Shown one piece after another: positions 62,904 through 64,000 of a stretch of DNA of 64,000 nucleotides; the stretch's first letter is position 1, and each line of letters opens with the position of its first letter. This stretch comes from Anthoceros angustus. Taxonomy: Eukaryota > Plantae > Anthocerotophyta. The position numbers and the translations under genes are program-made. The stretch is taken from assembly GCA_010909165.1 (NCBI GenBank), contig MU008204.1, positions 203,810-267,809 of the forward strand, read 5' to 3'. The notes under the pieces were generated by a model. It worked only from the letters and a program-made list of their open reading frames with translations, searched no databases and was not told the origin of the DNA.

Positions 62904-64000
62904 TTAGACTACATTCACGTCAGCATGCCTCGTATCCCGGACGGAAAACGTATGCACCAACCCATCCATGTCGGTCCACAAGCTCTGTCCTGGCGGCTTC
63001 CATGCCCTTTCTCTTTTTCTCCAGGCATGCATCTCCTTTGCCCGCTCCCACATATTTGCATCGGTATATATGTTTGACATCAACACATATGCTGCAGCAT
63101 CTTTCTCATTGATCTTCACAGCTTCTTGGAAAGCATGGCATCCCACCTCAACGTTGCTCCACTTTCGGCAAGCACCCAACACAGTGTGCCAAACTGCAGC
63201 ACCAGGCGGGACAGGCATTGTCCTGACCAAAGACAGTGCCTCATCCAGTCGGCCAGCACGACCCAGAAGATCCACCATGCACGTGTAGTGCTCCACCGTG
63301 GGAATGATGCCGTGGTCTCTTTTCATCGCGTCAAAGTACTCTCTCCCCTTGTTCAAAAGACCCGCATGACTGCATACTGTTAGTACGCTGAGGAGAGTGA
63401 TGCCCACCGGCTGTATGCCGTCCTCCCTCATTCTCTGGACCAAGTCAAAGACCACTTGACTGTCTCCTTGACAGGCGTACCCTGCAATCAGTGCACTCCA
63501 GGTTACAACATCTTGTTCGGGCAACGAGTCAAACACCTGCTGTGCATCAACCATGCTCCCGGCTTTTCCATACATGTTTATCAAACTACCGGCTACAAAC
63601 AAATCAAATTGAAGCCCAGCTTCTTCAATCTGAGCATGCAGCTGCCTCCCCAAATTCAAAGCTGCTACGTTTGCAATGACCTGCAGAAGGCAGACAAACG
63701 TCACGGCGTCAGGTACAGCAAATCCTTCTTCTTGCATACTAGTGTAAAGACGAAGGGCTTCCTGGCCCATCCCCTGTTGCGAATACCCAGCTATAAGGGC
63801 GTTCCACGTCACCACATTTTTTTCACCAAGTCCGTCAAAAACTCGCTGAGCATCCTCTATGCTGCCACACTTCGCATACATGTTCACCAAGCTGCTGGCC
63901 ACAAAGACATCAGCTTGATGCCCCTGCTCTCTAATTTGGACATGAAGCTGCTTTCCCTTCTCCAAAGCTGGGGCACCCACACTTGCACAAGCTTGCAGGA
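62904..64000 (-). CDS. PLS-class PPR protein with E1/E2 and PG-box region, no DYW deaminase; 5' end lies outside the window
   Basis: SLVNMYAKCGSIEDAQRVFD, VVTWNALIAGY, EHYTCMVDLLGRAG, YVLMSNIY, KPPGQSLWTD...VHTF. Confidence 0.95.
   Translation of the reverse strand, partial: LQACASVGAPALEKGKQLHVQIREQGHQADVFVASSLVNMYAKCGSIEDAQRVFDGLGEKNVVTWNALIAGYSQQGMGQEALRLYTSMQEEGFAVPDAVTFVCLLQVIANVAALNLGRQLHAQIEEAGLQFDLFVAGSLINMYGKAGSMVDAQQVFDSLPEQDVVTWSALIAGYACQGDSQVVFDLVQRMREDGIQPVGITLLSVLTVCSHAGLLNKGREYFDAMKRDHGIIPTVEHYTCMVDLLGRAGRLDEALSLVRTMPVPPGAAVWHTVLGACRKWSNVEVGCHAFQEAVKINEKDAAAYVLMSNIYTDANMWERAKEMHAWRKRERAWKPPGQSLWTDMDGLVHTFSVRDTRHADVNVV

Overview
Eukaryotic land-plant nuclear DNA. It is gene-dense with short GT-AG introns of about 70-120 nt and carries a PLS-class PPR ending in a 'PGQS(W/L)W'-type box, which suggests a hornwort or similar seed-free plant (inference). 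Recognisable genes: DNA polymerase eta, an RBR/IBR E3 ligase, a Tat-signal plastid protein, a GH5 mannanase, a malectin-like/LRR receptor-like protein (RLP4-type) with an adjacent partial copy joined to a CYP450 fragment, HEMA, two GT61 glycosyltransferase paralogues, an intronless HAD hydrolase, an orphan multi-pass membrane protein with an RRxS-rich tail, a DNL zinc-finger gene (missed by the ORF track), a KIN17 pseudogene, a 2-kb tandemly duplicated DUF4228/PADRE gene, xylose isomerase, a ZIP transporter, a PPR gene, tRNA-Pro(UGG) and tRNA-Gly(GCC). Mobile DNA: a decayed Sola-like DDE transposase with a palindromic repeat array, two CRE-like non-LTR retroelements each with a detached 3'-end copy elsewhere, gypsy integrase and LINE RT remnants, a Helitron-like terminus, and a short interspersed family with a 3' stem-loop and AATAAAA(TTC)n tail that flanks both tRNA genes. 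All calls are by eye; no searches were run. Exon and repeat boundaries are approximate unless stated.
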